From: Chrysomallon squamiferum
Lineage: Eukaryota > Animalia > Mollusca
Assembly: GCA_012295275.1 (NCBI GenBank)
Contig: CM022671.1
Location: forward strand, 27,900,001-27,964,000
Length of the DNA stretch: 64,000 nucleotides
Reading direction: 5' to 3'
The translations under genes were made by a program, and so were the position numbers. Of this stretch, positions 12,501 to 27,528 are shown piece after piece; position 1 is the stretch's first letter; every line of letters begins with the position of its first letter. A model generated the notes under the pieces. The model was not told the origin of the DNA and made no database searches. It was given only the letters and a program-made list of their open reading frames with translations.

Positions 12501-14151
12501 GATCGACTTATCGTGCTGAAATTATGAAACCTAAATACCAGGAGCAAAATAGTAATCAGATAAATTATTAAATACACAAATGCATAAAAATATACAGTTG
12601 CAACATACCTTTGCAGTAATTTTTTTCATTTTTTTTTAAATCGGAATTTTTAATTCTCTTATACGTAATAATTGTTATTCTCTAATGTTTTTATTCAAAT
12701 TGCTATAGGTTATCAAAAACGTAGCGAAAATAAAAACGGCGGCTGTGAATAAATTCCCACGCTATAAATGAAAAGAATGCCTCGGTGTAGAACATACATT
12801 GACTATTATGTATCGGACAAAAGTAAATAAATGAATATATTTACGATTAAGAAATAATGTGTTAGCACATGAATCTGTTTTATATAACAAATTAATAAAT
12901 AAACAAACACACACTCACACACAAAAAATCATAAGCATTTATTTTTCATTGTAACTTCCTAATTTTTTCATATATCATTATAAAGTTCAGTTTTTGAAGA
13001 AAAAAAAATTATAATAAATAACAAGTTCTTATTCTTTAAATATTTACTTAAATTTGCTTGTATTCAGTTTAGTCTAATTAATCCCGTCTATATACAATGA
13101 TGTAAAAGCTGATTAAGATAGTGTTAACGGCTTGCTAATTCTCAGATTAACGCTACATTTTTTTCTTTTCATTAATTTGCAGTTTTGTTGTTCAGTCGTA
13201 ATCTTGGTCTATGTAGGGAATAATACCATTAATTCTGCCTATTCATAATGTTACTTCATTACGTATATATTCTGTATTAACGTATAGATTATAATCAGAA
13301 GCTTCGATTTTTTTTACATTTGTCGACATCATACACGTTCATGAATCATTTCAGTAATTCGTGGATCCAAAAACACACACACAGACGCTTACGCACACAC
13401 ACACATACATACCCATGTACATGCACATGCACACTCACAGACACATTAACGTATTATATATAACTAATTCCGTTTTATTATTTAACTGTAGAAAATATGC
13501 TATCCTAAATCGTTAAAAAACAGTAATAGAAAACTAAACAAAATTCTATAAATATATAAAACATACATGCAAATGAATGAATAAATAAAAAAATAAATAA
13601 ATAGTTAAAACAATATACAATAAAACAGAATAATGAGACCGATATTTTAAATTAAATCTTTTAATTGTAACTCAGATGGGCTACAATTTAGAAGTTCGTG
13701 TTCTGAGCTACCACACAGCCAAATTTGATTATTTTTAAATATGCTAAATTCATTTAAGTTTTCATCAAGTTTTCTGTTCTCAATGTAAGTTAAAAAAAAA
13801 TAAATAAAAAAAATTTACAAAAAAAGAAAAAGACAAAAAAAAAGACGAAATCTGTGGTGAACAAGTTTAGATGGGCACGAAATATTTCCTTTCAACTGCA
13901 TATTTTTAACACGACCCTGTATACGAATACAACTGAGTTATTTTATCTAATGATCAAACATTTCCACACGTGTTTTGTTACGTCGGTTGTTATAACGACG
14001 TTTATGTAATTACAAATTTCAGATTAACAACATGACAAAATATACATACTGTGAATTAATAACCCTTATTAGATTACAGATATGTAGCTTTGGAGTCGGT
14101 ATTAATATCGATGAATCTTTGTATTGTCACAGAAGTTAGTGGTCTTCTGGT

Positions 14152-14384
14152 TTGTTTTTCGGCCTTGCCTGTTGTTTATTTCTGCTTCACTTCCCTTTAT
14201 ATAGCATATATATAAATGCTATTCAGTAACGTTATATAAAACTATAAATCAGTTATATTCAGACTCACAACCATTTTGAAACAAATATCGTTAAAACTAT
14301 TTTCTGTATTAATAACTAAAGTGGAAACATACTTTCAAAAACATTGTGGTTTTAGAAACTGATATAAATGCCGGATTTTAACAG

Positions 14385-14446
<62 letters not shown>
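14152..14446 (+). repeat. ~235-bp direct repeat, copy 2, with long (TAT)n tail
   Basis: Same ends and order of blocks as 12136-12372, with scattered substitutions. Confidence 0.9.
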
Positions 14447-16795
14447 GGTGTTGCGGTTGTTGTTGTTGTTGTTACTGTTGTTGTAGCTGTTGTTGTAGTT
14501 GATGATGGTTGGTGTTGTTGCTTTTCTTTATAATTATTATTGTGTTTTCGATATCACATATTTTCTTTTACGATTTTGTTTGTACGCCTTGTTTATTGCT
14601 CCTTGTTTTATCTTCTTCTGATATCATTTTTGTATTACCTGAAATACCAGTGCTGAAGATACGTAATAACAATCGTTAACTATCGGCAGTACAAACGTAA
14701 GCATGCGATATATACAGTTTAAAAGGCTTACAAATATCTTCGTCTGGTCCATCAAGAGCATCTGATTACAAGACGTCATTCATACGCTGGAAAGTGACTA
14801 TCGTTTTCAATAATCTTAGAGCTAATAATTTAAAGTCTCGTGTTATCTCAGTAATATCGTTATGAGAACAGCATGAAGCTGGGCGTCTAAAACCTTTATA
14901 TGACAGACTTCTGACACACGGAGGTTACTGACGTCATTTGGTCTTCGTTGGAAGCTAACAGCTGATTCAGTGAAGGGAAGAACCTTGATTTTCTTTTATC
15001 AGAAGCGCTGTCCAGAGCTTTTAATGATAATCTGAGTTTGGTAGACTGCAGACTTTGCTCGCCATTAGCTCTGATGGCTGATAAGAACTCCTAGCACATT
15101 TAAATCATGTCTATCCAAATTAGTTTATCTGTCTATATCTATCGATATATACATATATATTGTTGTCACGTTGTCACGAGGGACAAACGAAATAACAGTG
15201 TTAAGAATTAGCAGACTGTGGAAAAGAATTGTCTTTTATATCATCAGTTAGCACTGCAAATGTGTGAAGGGAATCGATCGTAAAATGTAACGAAGATGAC
15301 ATCTCAAGTTCGATAATAATTTTTGTACCTTTTCACGAAGACCAAATATCTTCAAAAATGTATAATTTTATGGGTGTATAGTGTTATTTCCAAAACTAGA
15401 CTGATTTTGTAATATAATGATGGGTTATTTTATTGTTGTTTCTGGAGGCGAAATCACCGTAATATATTTTTAAAATATCTGAGTTTCTCGTTGCAGAATG
15501 CTGGTTCCAGCTAGACTGTATTTTTACAAAGCGAATGTCGATGATGTCACAACCATATGGTAGCGGATTTCATTTTGCAATGCTAAAACAAAATATCTTC
15601 AGGAATATTGGATTTACTTATTGTAAACAACTGTACTTTTAGAAAACTTGCGTGGATTTCAAGCTAAACTGATGTTATAATTACTAAGCAATACGTAATT
15701 AGTGACGTTTGTTAATGTTTCTTCAACCATTTCAACATCGATCATTTCAAGACATTAGGCAAACATGATTCTAAGTTTCAGCATTTTTTTAAACACTATC
15801 ACTTCAGTTCCAAGCATACCAGATGATGCCTTGATTGATTATTCATCTCTTTTCAACGGAAAAAAAAAAAAAACATGACAGCAACAAAAAAATGAAACAA
15901 GATCATGTATAAAAAGTATTCCCTTACAATTTAATATCTTTCTAACAGTAATACGCCTGCAGGTATGTTTTGCATGCTTGACATACAGTTCTTTCCACGT
16001 CATAATGCATTCCATGAGCATTTAATGAACTTTTTTTTTCTTCAACTTTATGAATTATTTTATAACAAAAGGAAAGTGTTTTCGATAAATAAATAAACAA
16101 AAAGATAAGCTAAATTTATATTTACCTATTCATGTCAACAAAACTGCGCGAGACAACGACGTTTTTGAAACATTAAGCCGACACCTAAAGTGAATATAGT
16201 TTAAAATACATCTGACCTCTCCGTTATGACATTATGATTTTATTAGTTCAACACTTCAACTGTTTTGCTAATTATGTTGGAGAAGACGCTTCCGTTTTGA
16301 AATATTGATTAAATAGTGCTGTCATTTTCTTCTTCTCTATCTTTTATTGAAGATGTCATTAAATGAAAACCTTTTGCAACCTTCGAGACAGCTAATTTAT
16401 TGATTACAGACATAGAAAGTACCGTTGAAAATGACGTTTGCAATACGAAGATTTTTATATACAATAACAACAAACGTTTCTAGTAGCTTTAGTTTTTAAA
16501 TTTAAAGACGAGAACAAGCAACGCGAAACATTCAAGAGCTTCTTCACGTTTCGATGCTTAAAGATGTGAAATGTTCCATTACCGAAATTATCAAATCACA
16601 GCACAGCACGTTAATATAAAAAAATTAAAAATTAAAAAATGGAATATTATTTCAGACCTTAAACCAGTACCATGTGATACTAACATTGTGCTGGGTTAAT
16701 CTAAATTATCATTCTTTTGATTACATTAAAATTATTAAGTCATTCGATAAATGTAAATTATTGATTAAATGTCGTCTGCTATACTTTTTAGAGCT

Positions 16796-16800
<5 letters not shown>

Positions 16801-16870
<70 letters not shown>
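16801..16870. repeat. (CT)n microsatellite
   Basis: Perfect dinucleotide run. Confidence 0.98.
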
Positions 16871-16888
<18 letters not shown>

Positions 16889-18444
16889 TGTTCTTTCATT
16901 CTTTGTTATATATGTGCCATACATGAAATTATATGTCAACAAGTATGTTTATCTCTATGTTTAACGTTACATAAATCTGTACCATCTAAGACTCTACACT
17001 GTGTTATCAGAACTTTATTATAACTGCTGTAGCTGCACATATGCAAATCAGTTACAGAATCAAACCGGTCTGGTTTTAATTACAAAAGCTTACAAGCCGA
17101 AATTGAGAATGATTTTCCGTGTTGGCATAATAAACACTCATTAAATGATTTCCACAAATTCTTGTTTGATACATGTCTTGTTTTCCGTATGGTATATATA
17201 TATATTTCCTTTTTTTTAAAACAATTTTTTTACTGTTGAAATGTTTACAGTGATTTAATTTGGTAATTCCAGACAAAAGTATTGCTTAAGCAAACATAAA
17301 TCTTGGTCAGTTGATCAAAGAGATAAACTGAATCAATACTATTTCATTTTCCAATAAATAAAATATTTCCATTATACAATTAATCACTTTATTCCCAATG
17401 GATATAATTTAATATAACGTAATCTGAATATAAATAAAACCCAGATGGGTTTTCGTTAAAATGATTTTCATGGCTTGAAACTGCTCCGTTTGCAATCACA
17501 TCTCAAACAAGTTTATTAACAGAGGAAATCAAACATCACAGTATGGTTTTCATGTTTAAAATCAGTCGAATAAAAAAGAAGAAGAGGAAAACAGAGGAGG
17601 TTAGACGTAATCAATAGTATTGATCTATCTAAAGCTTTTCTTTCCAAGTCAGCTTTTTGGAAATGGAAGAAACGGAGCTGTCGTCTGTTGACTTGGTGTT
17701 ACATTATCGTTACCACGCTGTTACGAAAACACTGGACTGTTTCAACTGGTGCTGATTTCATATGCTATTTATATGATAAGACAAACTCGTCTTCCTCTTT
17801 TTTTCATCATTCTTGGGCTTAACGGATGAGGACCTTGCTGGTGATAGCAATATCGATGATTGAAATGGATAGTTCTGAAGAAACTTCTGATTGACTAGAG
17901 ATATACGAGCTCACAAAGGCGTTCTTCATTATTAACTGAACTACATTCCAAACTCGAACTTTTATACTTCGTATTTTTTCATTTTTGCTGTGAGAATTTC
18001 GTAGCAGCTTTTAACGGCTACGGTTGTAACATCTATGCTAATTATACTTAACGATGACTCTACCTTAATCAGCGGATTTCGTGTTTATAACTGCCAGGGA
18101 TCTGCAGCACTGGTTCTTAGAAAGGGTTGCAAAAGTGATGAGTCTGCTCATTTCCTGTTATTTTTCTTTTTTTCCAGGATAACATGCTTTAATTTTTATA
18201 GATGTTAGACGTGCATTTGTTTTAACAACGACAAAGCCAAACTGTAATATATATGCAGCATGATGTGTTTGTGTGTGTGTTTGTGTGAGTGTGTGTGTGT
18301 ATATAGAGAAAAAAGAAGTAATTTATTCATACTGGGTTTTTTAAATGTCTTTCATATTCTGTTTTAGAAATAAATGAACGTATTATTAAATATTCAAGCA
18401 CCAAAACATGAATCACTCATTTTTATAACCATAAATACTATTTC

Positions 18445-18447
<3 letters not shown>

Positions 18448-18527
<80 letters not shown>
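18448..18527. repeat. (GA)n microsatellite
   Basis: Perfect dinucleotide run. Confidence 0.98.
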
Positions 18528-18529
<2 letters not shown>

Positions 18530-18707
18530 ACTGAATTGATCTTCAAAGCAACTAATCTGTTTTAAGTAATCGAAGAGCATTAAGTTCAAGTTACCATCTA
18601 CACTACTCAGATCAAATTACATCACTATTCAATAAAATAAAACAAGTTTTATTTCGTGTTTTCTCGTAATTAAGACGAGTACACGAGACAGGCAGCAACC
18701 CAGTCAG

Positions 18708-19232
18708 CACTATCGATTTCCAAAAACTGTTTTCCAAGTTACTCTTCCTTTCACCAGCGATGTTTTATTTTTAATGTCTAGAGGTGGAATTTATTTAATC
18801 TACAACTAAGTTAAAATAATGTGTAAACTCCAGTTGCGTGTCTCACTGTCGATTTGCAGAAAATCTTGCTTCATTTTGCTTTTCCTTTTCACTGGAGATG
18901 TTTTATTTTTTTAATGTCCAGAGGTGGAGTTTATTTAGATATAGATTTAATCCAGACTTAAGTTAAAATAACGCGTAAAATCTCAGTGTATCTACTATCG
19001 ATCTGCAGAACGAAACTCTTGTTCTCGTATTATTTCTTCTTTTCACAAAGATGTCTTATTTTTTAATGTCAGGATTCAAATTTGTGCCACCACTTCAGAT
19101 TTAATCTACATGTAAGTCAGTATAACGTGCAAAATCTCAATGACAAGTTTCAACGTCTTCTATTATCGATTTGTAGAAACGCTTGTCTCTTTTTTTTCTT
19201 TTTATTTCTGTAGACGAGTGTTTTTTGATGTC
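18708..19232. repeat. Degenerate tandem array, about 3.5 units of 136-168 bp
   Basis: Units start at 18708, 18844, 18993 and 19161. They share actRtcgatYtgcagaa, ttttcac...gatgttttattttttaatgtc and atttaatc...taagttaaaataa blocks. Confidence 0.85.
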
Positions 19233-19761
19233 CATAATTCGAGGTTGGGACACGTGATTTATTTTAATGTAATTGAAAATAAAAACTTTACTGTGCAGAA
19301 AATGTCACTTGTATGTTTCTAAGACATAATTATAGAGGAAGAAGAAGAAAAACAATCAAATCAAAATGATTCCAAAATACTTTCCCTATAACTATCTAAT
19401 TTGTATGTCTGTCTGTGTGTGTATGTGTGTGTCTGTGTGTGTGTGTCTGTGTGTGTGTGTGTGTATATATATGTATGTATATAATAAAAAGAAGTAATTT
19501 ATTCATGTTGTTTTTCTAAAATGTATGTGCAACTAAATATAAAAAATAAAAATGAAAATAAAAAAAATAAAAAAAAGGAAATAAAGCTATTTGCCCTAAT
19601 CTTTGAATTATTTAGTGCACAACGATAAAAATCTTATTTAAATATATAATATGTAGTGAACCTTATTCATTGCCACTGGACACGTTTCAAAACATTCAAT
19701 TACGACACTGGAATGAGCTGAGAGATCGGAGGGTAAGGTTGAGTTGAGTCACTGTAAAATT

Positions 19762-19953
19762 GAACCCATTGAACTATTTCACTTCCCAGCCAGAACCCTG
19801 CGACTCATATATCTAAGCCGTAGTTTGCAATTTTCCCACTTATGGGAAGGTGAACATAAAAAAATACCTTGCCGCTGATCAGGTTGCCATATAAGAAAAG
19901 TGGAAATATATTCTGAATGTGTCTTTAAGTAAAAACATTTCTTCTTTCCTTTT
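19762..19953 (+). mobile_element. Decayed SINE, Meta/MESC-domain-like
   Basis: cccattgaactatttc..ccagccag...gact.atatatc.aagccgtag.ttg.....tgggaaggtgaacataaaaaataccttgccgct ... tgaatgtgtctttaagtaaaaacatttcttctttcc follows the block order of an abundant gastropod SINE as I recall it (cccattgggctatttctcgttccagccagtgc..cacgactggtatatcaaaggccgtggtatgtgctatcctgtctgtgggatggtgcatataaaagatcccttgctgct). Recognised from memory, not from a search. Confidence 0.7.
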
Positions 19954-20247
19954 AACATACAATAATATTTTGAGTTGCAAACCCATTAACAAATGACTGC
20001 CAAGTTTTCACTTTGTTTTGCCGTGTTTCAACACACGAGTTGTGATGAAGAACGTTGTATGTTAAATATAATTCTGTTCCTCCCAGACAGTTCAGATTTT
20101 CTGCCAAAATATTGATAGTCTCGAATAACTTTATAATTAAGTGGGTTTTATTTAGTCATTTCTGGTGGTTTTGTGTTTTATAATAATAATTTTAAAATAA
20201 ACATATCTTTAATAATATAATAAAAATAAATAAAAAAAAAAAAATAA

Positions 20248-20282
<35 letters not shown>

Positions 20283-20676
20283 ATAGTAGTAATAATAGTA
20301 ATAGTAATAATGATAATGATGATGATGATGGTCGTCACAATGACAATGATGACAAGTATTCTCATGAGAACGGCATCAATGGTGTGCTACAGAAAACTCA
20401 TTAATTTTTCACTGGTTCAAACAGATGTTATGATTGGTAACAATAAGCAAATATAATCTCTTGGCTATTATTATCAACAATAAATAAATTTAGCTTTTTT
20501 ATTGATTTATGATTGAAATTACGTAACAGTAATTCTTCTTTAGAATTTACGTCATTTTACAGGCTTTCACAAGAAACATTCGTTGTTGCTTTCTTAGAAT
20601 TAACACTGACATTAATTCTGTACTACACCTTTACTTTTGATAATTATAATCTTCTTTTTTTAATTTAAATTTTCAC

Positions 20677-20719
<43 letters not shown>

Positions 20720-20770
20720 TTATTATTATTGTTATTGTTATTATTATTTATTTATTTATTTATTTATTTT

Positions 20771-20818
<48 letters not shown>

Positions 20819-21192
20819 AATTCTCATACTTACTCCAACGTTATTTCAAAGACTTTTCTTTGAAAAGCTTTGATCGATTCTGAAGTTTGCATGTTAAATG
20901 ACGGTTTTGAAAAGCATCTAAATAATCTGATTTGTCATTATCATTTTGAAACATCCCCGAGAGAGCTGACTGTGAATGTAAAATCTATGTTGAATACACC
21001 TAATATCGTTAATATGTATTACTCGTAGTGCAATGACTAGCACAATTACTTAACTTATCAGCTTTAATTATTTAAAATTACGTTTAATGCACTGACGAAA
21101 ACATCAAATGAATGAAATGGCATAAATACATTAAATGCTGTAAATAGATAACATTAAGAAAGAAAATGCGAATTTGTGAGAATGGTTCAGTG

Positions 21193-21195
<3 letters not shown>

Positions 21196-21285
<90 letters not shown>
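21196..21285. repeat. (GA)n microsatellite
   Basis: Perfect dinucleotide run. Confidence 0.98.
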
Positions 21286-21291
<6 letters not shown>

Positions 21292-21470
21292 CGGGATGAG
21301 TGAAACAAACAAACAAAGGCAGAGAGAGAAAGAGATATGTATAGATTGATGCAAAAAACGGAGGCTTCTGATTTTTTAAATATATTATTATTTTGTATGT
21401 ATGTAATTATACAACTCATTTACCACTGAAAAGGTTTTCATTGTAAATAAAGGGGGAAAAAATTAATAAG

Positions 21471-21521
<51 letters not shown>

Positions 21522-22894
21522 CATATATACATAGGTACATACATAGACACATGCATATTAAATTAAAATTAAATTTTTACACCGACGTGCAATTTCACAC
21601 TCTTCAAAAACCAAATTACACTTCAAGCTGGATTAGTAAAAAAAAAAAAATGTTAATTTCTATTTACGTATAATTATATTGACAATGGAATTCGATTCTA
21701 TGCCAAAATTAGTTCGCAGTTTATTTCCATATTTGTCTATTCTTTTTTTAATTTATTTATTTATTTATTTTTTTATCAAAAATACTTGTTTCATTACAGC
21801 AGACTTGAATAACAATGCAGTATTAAAAATAGTAACAAGAATGATTCAAAATCGACTGTAAAGCTTTTATAGCTTAAAGAAAAGAAAAAACAAAAAAAAA
21901 AAAAAAAACAAATACAAACAAAACAGACTGTATAACAAACAAGCAAACAAACGAATAAACAAACAAACAAACAAACAAACAAGCAAACAATCAAACACAC
22001 AAACTACCAAATATGTATTTAGTATTTTGTTATTGTACATGATAATATCTTGGGTTGGGAATGGGCGCTGCTAAACAACGATTATTACTTTTGACTTTTT
22101 TTTTTTTTTTTTTTTCAGAACTAATTATTTTTACCATAGGACATTTATGGTTAATAAAACGGAGTAAAAACAAATTAATCGTGGAATGTATGATATAAAT
22201 CTGTTCTGCTTGTAGCTAAATTTCATTATGCTGCTAACAAAGCTGTTCTATAAATCAAGTGTCATTAGTACCCGTTGTCTCGCGAAGACCACCTTCAAAC
22301 TAATAAATCGAATGAAAACATCATCATGATTTTATGATTGCTCGGTCTCGTCTGTATCCATGGTGATGTTTATAGATAATAATATAGAAACAGAAAATTA
22401 CGTCACTGAGGCAAATCTAAATTCCAGACCTCCCATTGCTGATAACTGTTTCGCTTCGTGTGTTATATTTGGTTCTGCCATGAAATTTCTGAAAGATATG
22501 GCACCCAGCAATGTATATGCAATGTGATTTTTTTTAATATTTTTTTTTCTAGAATTATAATATGAAAATCTTCTCTGTTTTTTTTTTCTTTATAGTTCAA
22601 TGTCCTCTGACAGTTGATGGTTATTTTGTGTATTTGTTTGAGATTTTTAAGAGGCAGTGTAAAAATAGTGATGGATTGTAACTCAGACAAGATGTGACCA
22701 TCATCTTTCTTGTTGCTGAATAATAAAAGCTGTTAAAACGAAACTTTATGTAGCACAGATTAAACGTTATTATTACTCTACTGAATTTTCTATTTTATGT
22801 TGTCTATTAAAATAACATAAAATAAATGAAAAGAAAAAGAAAATATAAAGAGAAACATGATCAGTATTGGTTATCAAACAATATGTCTGAAATT

Positions 22895-22898
<4 letters not shown>

Positions 22899-22975
<77 letters not shown>
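22899..22975. repeat. (TC)n microsatellite
   Basis: Perfect dinucleotide run. Confidence 0.98.
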
Positions 22976-22980
<5 letters not shown>

Positions 22981-23548
22981 AAATAAATAAATAAGAAAAC
23001 AACTGAACTCAGTATAGTTTCTTCCCTAAAAGAGTGATGAACAAGGACTTTCTCACATAAACGTATGTTAAACATTATGCAATCAGTTTTGACGCTGGAC
23101 ATAAGAAGCCGCAGGTTCTCTGTTTTCACGATATATAAAAGCTTTTCTGAATCGTGACCAACGATCACTGAAATACTCGCATCAAAGACATAACAAATAT
23201 TAAAATATAACAATCAGCAATGCTATAGCCAGCTCAGTTAAAATAACTATCTATATATAAGTGTATTCACACTACAAACATGTGGTTACACGTTTTCCTT
23301 TGGAATAGTAAGAAAACACAACAAGAACATTATTGTTGTGAAGAGTTATAACAAGGGAGATTATTAAATGGGATGAGACAAAGGCGTAGCAATTTTGATT
23401 TCAGTAGCAGTGCCCATTTCTTTCTTTGTTCTTCTTCTTATTATTATTATTTTTAATCCAGCACGGTGTAGCAAAAATATAAATAATATATATTATGCCT
23501 ACTCTTTTTATTATTATTATTATTTATTTTAATTATTATTATTATTAT

Positions 23549-23583
<35 letters not shown>

Positions 23584-24178
23584 TGTGTGTGTGTATGAGC
23601 GTGTTTATTTGTCTGGCTTAGCAGTCTTACAGTCCTTTGGTCGTAATACAGGTTTTTCACCTTTTTAATCAGCATGGAAGTACAATTCTATTTCTATATT
23701 AACGTTTTATACTTTTATTTTATTTTATTATTACATATTTTTCTTTCAAGCAACAACAGTTTGTTTCTCGACATTTCTCGCTGATCTTGGAAACATCTTT
23801 ATGCGACTTTGTATATGCAAACAACTCAAGATGCGTTTTTGCACAAGTAAACAACTCGAAATAATGGCTGTATCCCAAACAACAAGTAAGTACCATTAGT
23901 GTACATAATCTAAAACAGCAGTACTATCGGGTGAAGGTCGACCGGCCAAGCTATCTACCGAGATTGACCACCTACCTGTTAAATATATTAACCGAACTTG
24001 ATATAACAGCACCAACAACACTAATAGGAAAAAAAGAAAAGAAGGAGGTACGAACTAACGAAAGAACGATAACAACGGAGATGGAAATATCGAAATTTAT
24101 AAATTGCATTGTTCCTAACAGACAGTGTCAGTAATATGTCATTTAACAGCAGGAACAACAAAAACAAAAGAAAAAGAA

Positions 24179-24193
24179 GAGAGAGAGTGAGAG

Positions 24194-24277
<84 letters not shown>
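24179..24277. repeat. (GA)n microsatellite
   Basis: Near-perfect dinucleotide run. Confidence 0.97.
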
Positions 24278-24280
<3 letters not shown>

Positions 24281-24451
24281 GCATACATATATACATATAT
24301 ACGAACGTACATACGTAGATATACACATTTACAGATACGTACGTAGATAGATATATACCTGCATACACGAAAGGTTATTAAAAAACTAACGTATCGTCAA
24401 AGACCCAACTCACGGATTCATACACATACAAATAAACATATGCAGACAGCG

Positions 24452-24452
<1 letters not shown>

Positions 24453-24529
<77 letters not shown>
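24453..24529. repeat. (AC)n microsatellite
   Basis: Perfect dinucleotide run. Confidence 0.98.
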
Positions 24530-24536
<7 letters not shown>

Positions 24537-27528
24537 CCACATGTTCACTCATTTTCATCCACATGTTAACTACATACGACTATTACACAATTCCCAAGTT
24601 AGCTACCTATACAATTCAGCTATCCCTTACATTCGGCGTTAACGTCAGAAAGCTTTGGTATGCATGGTTTTAATTGAAGCGATGCGCCATGTAATAAGTG
24701 CTCTTGCTGTATATATCCCAATACACAGATACATGAAATCTGATTAAGAAAATCTCCCGTATGACGCCAAGAAGTATTAACTCTCCATTCCAACCATCTG
24801 CTGTGCGTTATGTTAGTCAAAAGTACAGCCGTTCACACGATCACGTTTTGATGTAATAAAGATATCCTTTCATCAGTACATTACGAAAATACCTCCTTGT
24901 CCCTAACTGAATAATAATAATAAAGTTATTCACTTTCCATAACATGAACGTATGCCAGAAAATAACCAAAAATAGTAAAGGTGGAAAATATAGTAAATAT
25001 ACATGAATGTTTATTTGTAATACATGCTGTGGAAAATAAGCAGGTTTCTGTGTAGCTATACGCGGGCAAGCACTTGTGATCTTATACGTTCTTATATGAC
25101 ATCAGAGCTTTTAATGATCTCTCTCTCTTTCTCTTTCTCTCTCTCTTTCTCTCATCCAAAGAACCGCAGTCCTAAAAATAAATAAAAAATTCTTTATACT
25201 GAAAACATAAGTGAAAAAGGAAAAGGATGAAGAGAAACTCAATAACAAAAGTAGCAAGAAACACAAAAGTAAACAGAATCTGGAGTTTAAAAAAAAAGCA
25301 GCAAAGTAAACACTTTGCTTAACACAAAACAATGATAACAGTGCTTTTCTAAATATTCTTGAAATCAAACACGAACATTTTCTGTTGCTTACGTTTTTTT
25401 TAACATATGTTTTAGGGTATGCAGCAGCGAAAGTGTTCAATTAGAGTGGCATCATAATAAAAGCAAACAAATGCTCTTGGCTCCAGAGAGAGGTTCGAAA
25501 CCTTCCGGAAAATCACTTACATAAGAAACAGAACATATTGAAAAACGTTCTAGCAGCAAACTAAGTGTGACGTTAGACGAGTGCACTTTAGTCTCCTGAG
25601 TTTTTAGAGTTTGTTTATGATCTAAGCTGAAAAAGAAAATTAAAAATAAATAAATAAATAAATAACGTCCATGCTGCCTTGTTAACGCAGACGTCACAAA
25701 CGTTACGTCATAGCGTTGTTCTGTTTATAAAATACAGATAAGTACGATCTATTTCTGCCTCTATCTCTCTCAGTTACCTGTCTAACTGTTTAGCGCTCTC
25801 TCTCTCTGCCTACCTGTGTGTCTGTTTGTTATATACCAGTCTACCAACATGACATTTTGTTTAAAATGAACATAACAAAATGTTGCGAAATTCTTTATTT
25901 CATTATCTTCCTTTGTTTTTTAACAAGGGGTGGGGAACGTTAATGCAGAGGTTAAAAAATAGTTGGATTTATTTTTATTTTTTGTTCCAGTTTTGAAACT
26001 GAATAGTATTTTATATGTGTAATTTGAAATATTAAATCTAACAGAAAATATTTCAGGGATGAGAGTCGATATTTGAACCAACTGCCCCTTTAATTATCCT
26101 TCAACAGTTACCACGGTTCATTTCTCTGGATGGGAACACTGTTAATGATCGTCTTGCCACGACATACTGTAACAGAATAGATGCAATTTCTAAGTAAGGA
26201 AACATGCAGGCTAACTTCAAAAAACAATATACAGCACTTAGGCGAGCTGCACAAAAGCAGTATCAATGCATTCCAGCGTACGATTCTTTCCAGTTCATCT
26301 CATAAGCGAAATATGCAAAAGCTATCAGAGTTGTTGGCAGAACACTTTCCTAATGTCGTCTTCACTAAGGCAGATGATGACCTTCCGTGCAAACTGGAAG
26401 CAAGAAAGACTTGACATTTGCAGTTAACTGTTCAGTGGCCGAGTCATCCTTTACAGAGTTAGTATTTTAAAAAACAAAAAAGTGTTACCATGAAATTAAT
26501 TATGATGGCAAAACAAAGTTCATTTAATTAAAGTATGATAACAGTAAGTAATATGGCCTGTGTGAATTCTTTCATTTTTTGGTAGAAAATCTTGAAAGTC
26601 TAAATTTACGGAGATTGCAAACATTAAAAGGGTGTATGAATATATGTTCAGTTCTAAATAAAAAAAAAAAATTAAACATTTCTGAATAGGAAGGAAAAAA
26701 TAAAACAAAGTAAAATAAAAATGTTTCAGAATGATTTCGATAAAAACAATAAAATTGTTTGCTTGTTTGTTATTTATTATTATTAACAAACATTTTCTTT
26801 ATAGTTTCAAATATTGATTAAAAACAACCAACAAAAAACAAAAAATAAAAATAAAAATACCTTGGAACTTCAAAATATTGATGAGCGCAGGTGACTGAAA
26901 AATAAAATACTTTTTTAATGTATATTTTAATTTAAGATCGGGATAATGTGTAGGTCGTTCCAGACTTACTCCAAGTGGCGTAAGAACATGCTATGATTAT
27001 GTGTTATCTTGTTTGTAGAAACTGTCAAGTAAAATATCCATTGCTGCTATTTGACAGACATCGTAGTATCCCGCTTCCTGGGTTTTCTCTGTCATTACCC
27101 CTAGTACTTAATATAACGACAATGGATTCGCAAACAAGGATAGTGTCTTCAAGCAAAAAATGTCTTTCTTCCTTCCTTTTAAATTATCGACTGGTTAAGA
27201 AGAAATTGCTTCAGAACTTCCAAATATTGATCAGTGTATGTGTAAAATGTTTGTGTATTGATTTTACCAAGGTTCTAATTTTTTTTTTTTAAATGAAAAG
27301 AAAAAAATAAAGGAAAAAAAAAACACGAATAATTCTGAAGGTCAAATTTGAAATCTTCGCTCGGTGAGTATGAACATTTTGTCGTGAAAATGAGTTAGAA
27401 ATGAATTATTTGCTAAAATGGTTAAAAATCAAGAAATTTTAAAATTGATTGTCAGTGAAAGAACAAGTCAAATATGTCACAATCAGGTTCAGATCAGCTT
27501 GATACTTGCAGAAGGAATATTAAATGTA

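Noticed and set aside
26181-26414. 77-aa plus-strand ORF in a GC-richer patch
   Set aside because: No recognisable motif, no linked exons and no transposon hallmarks.
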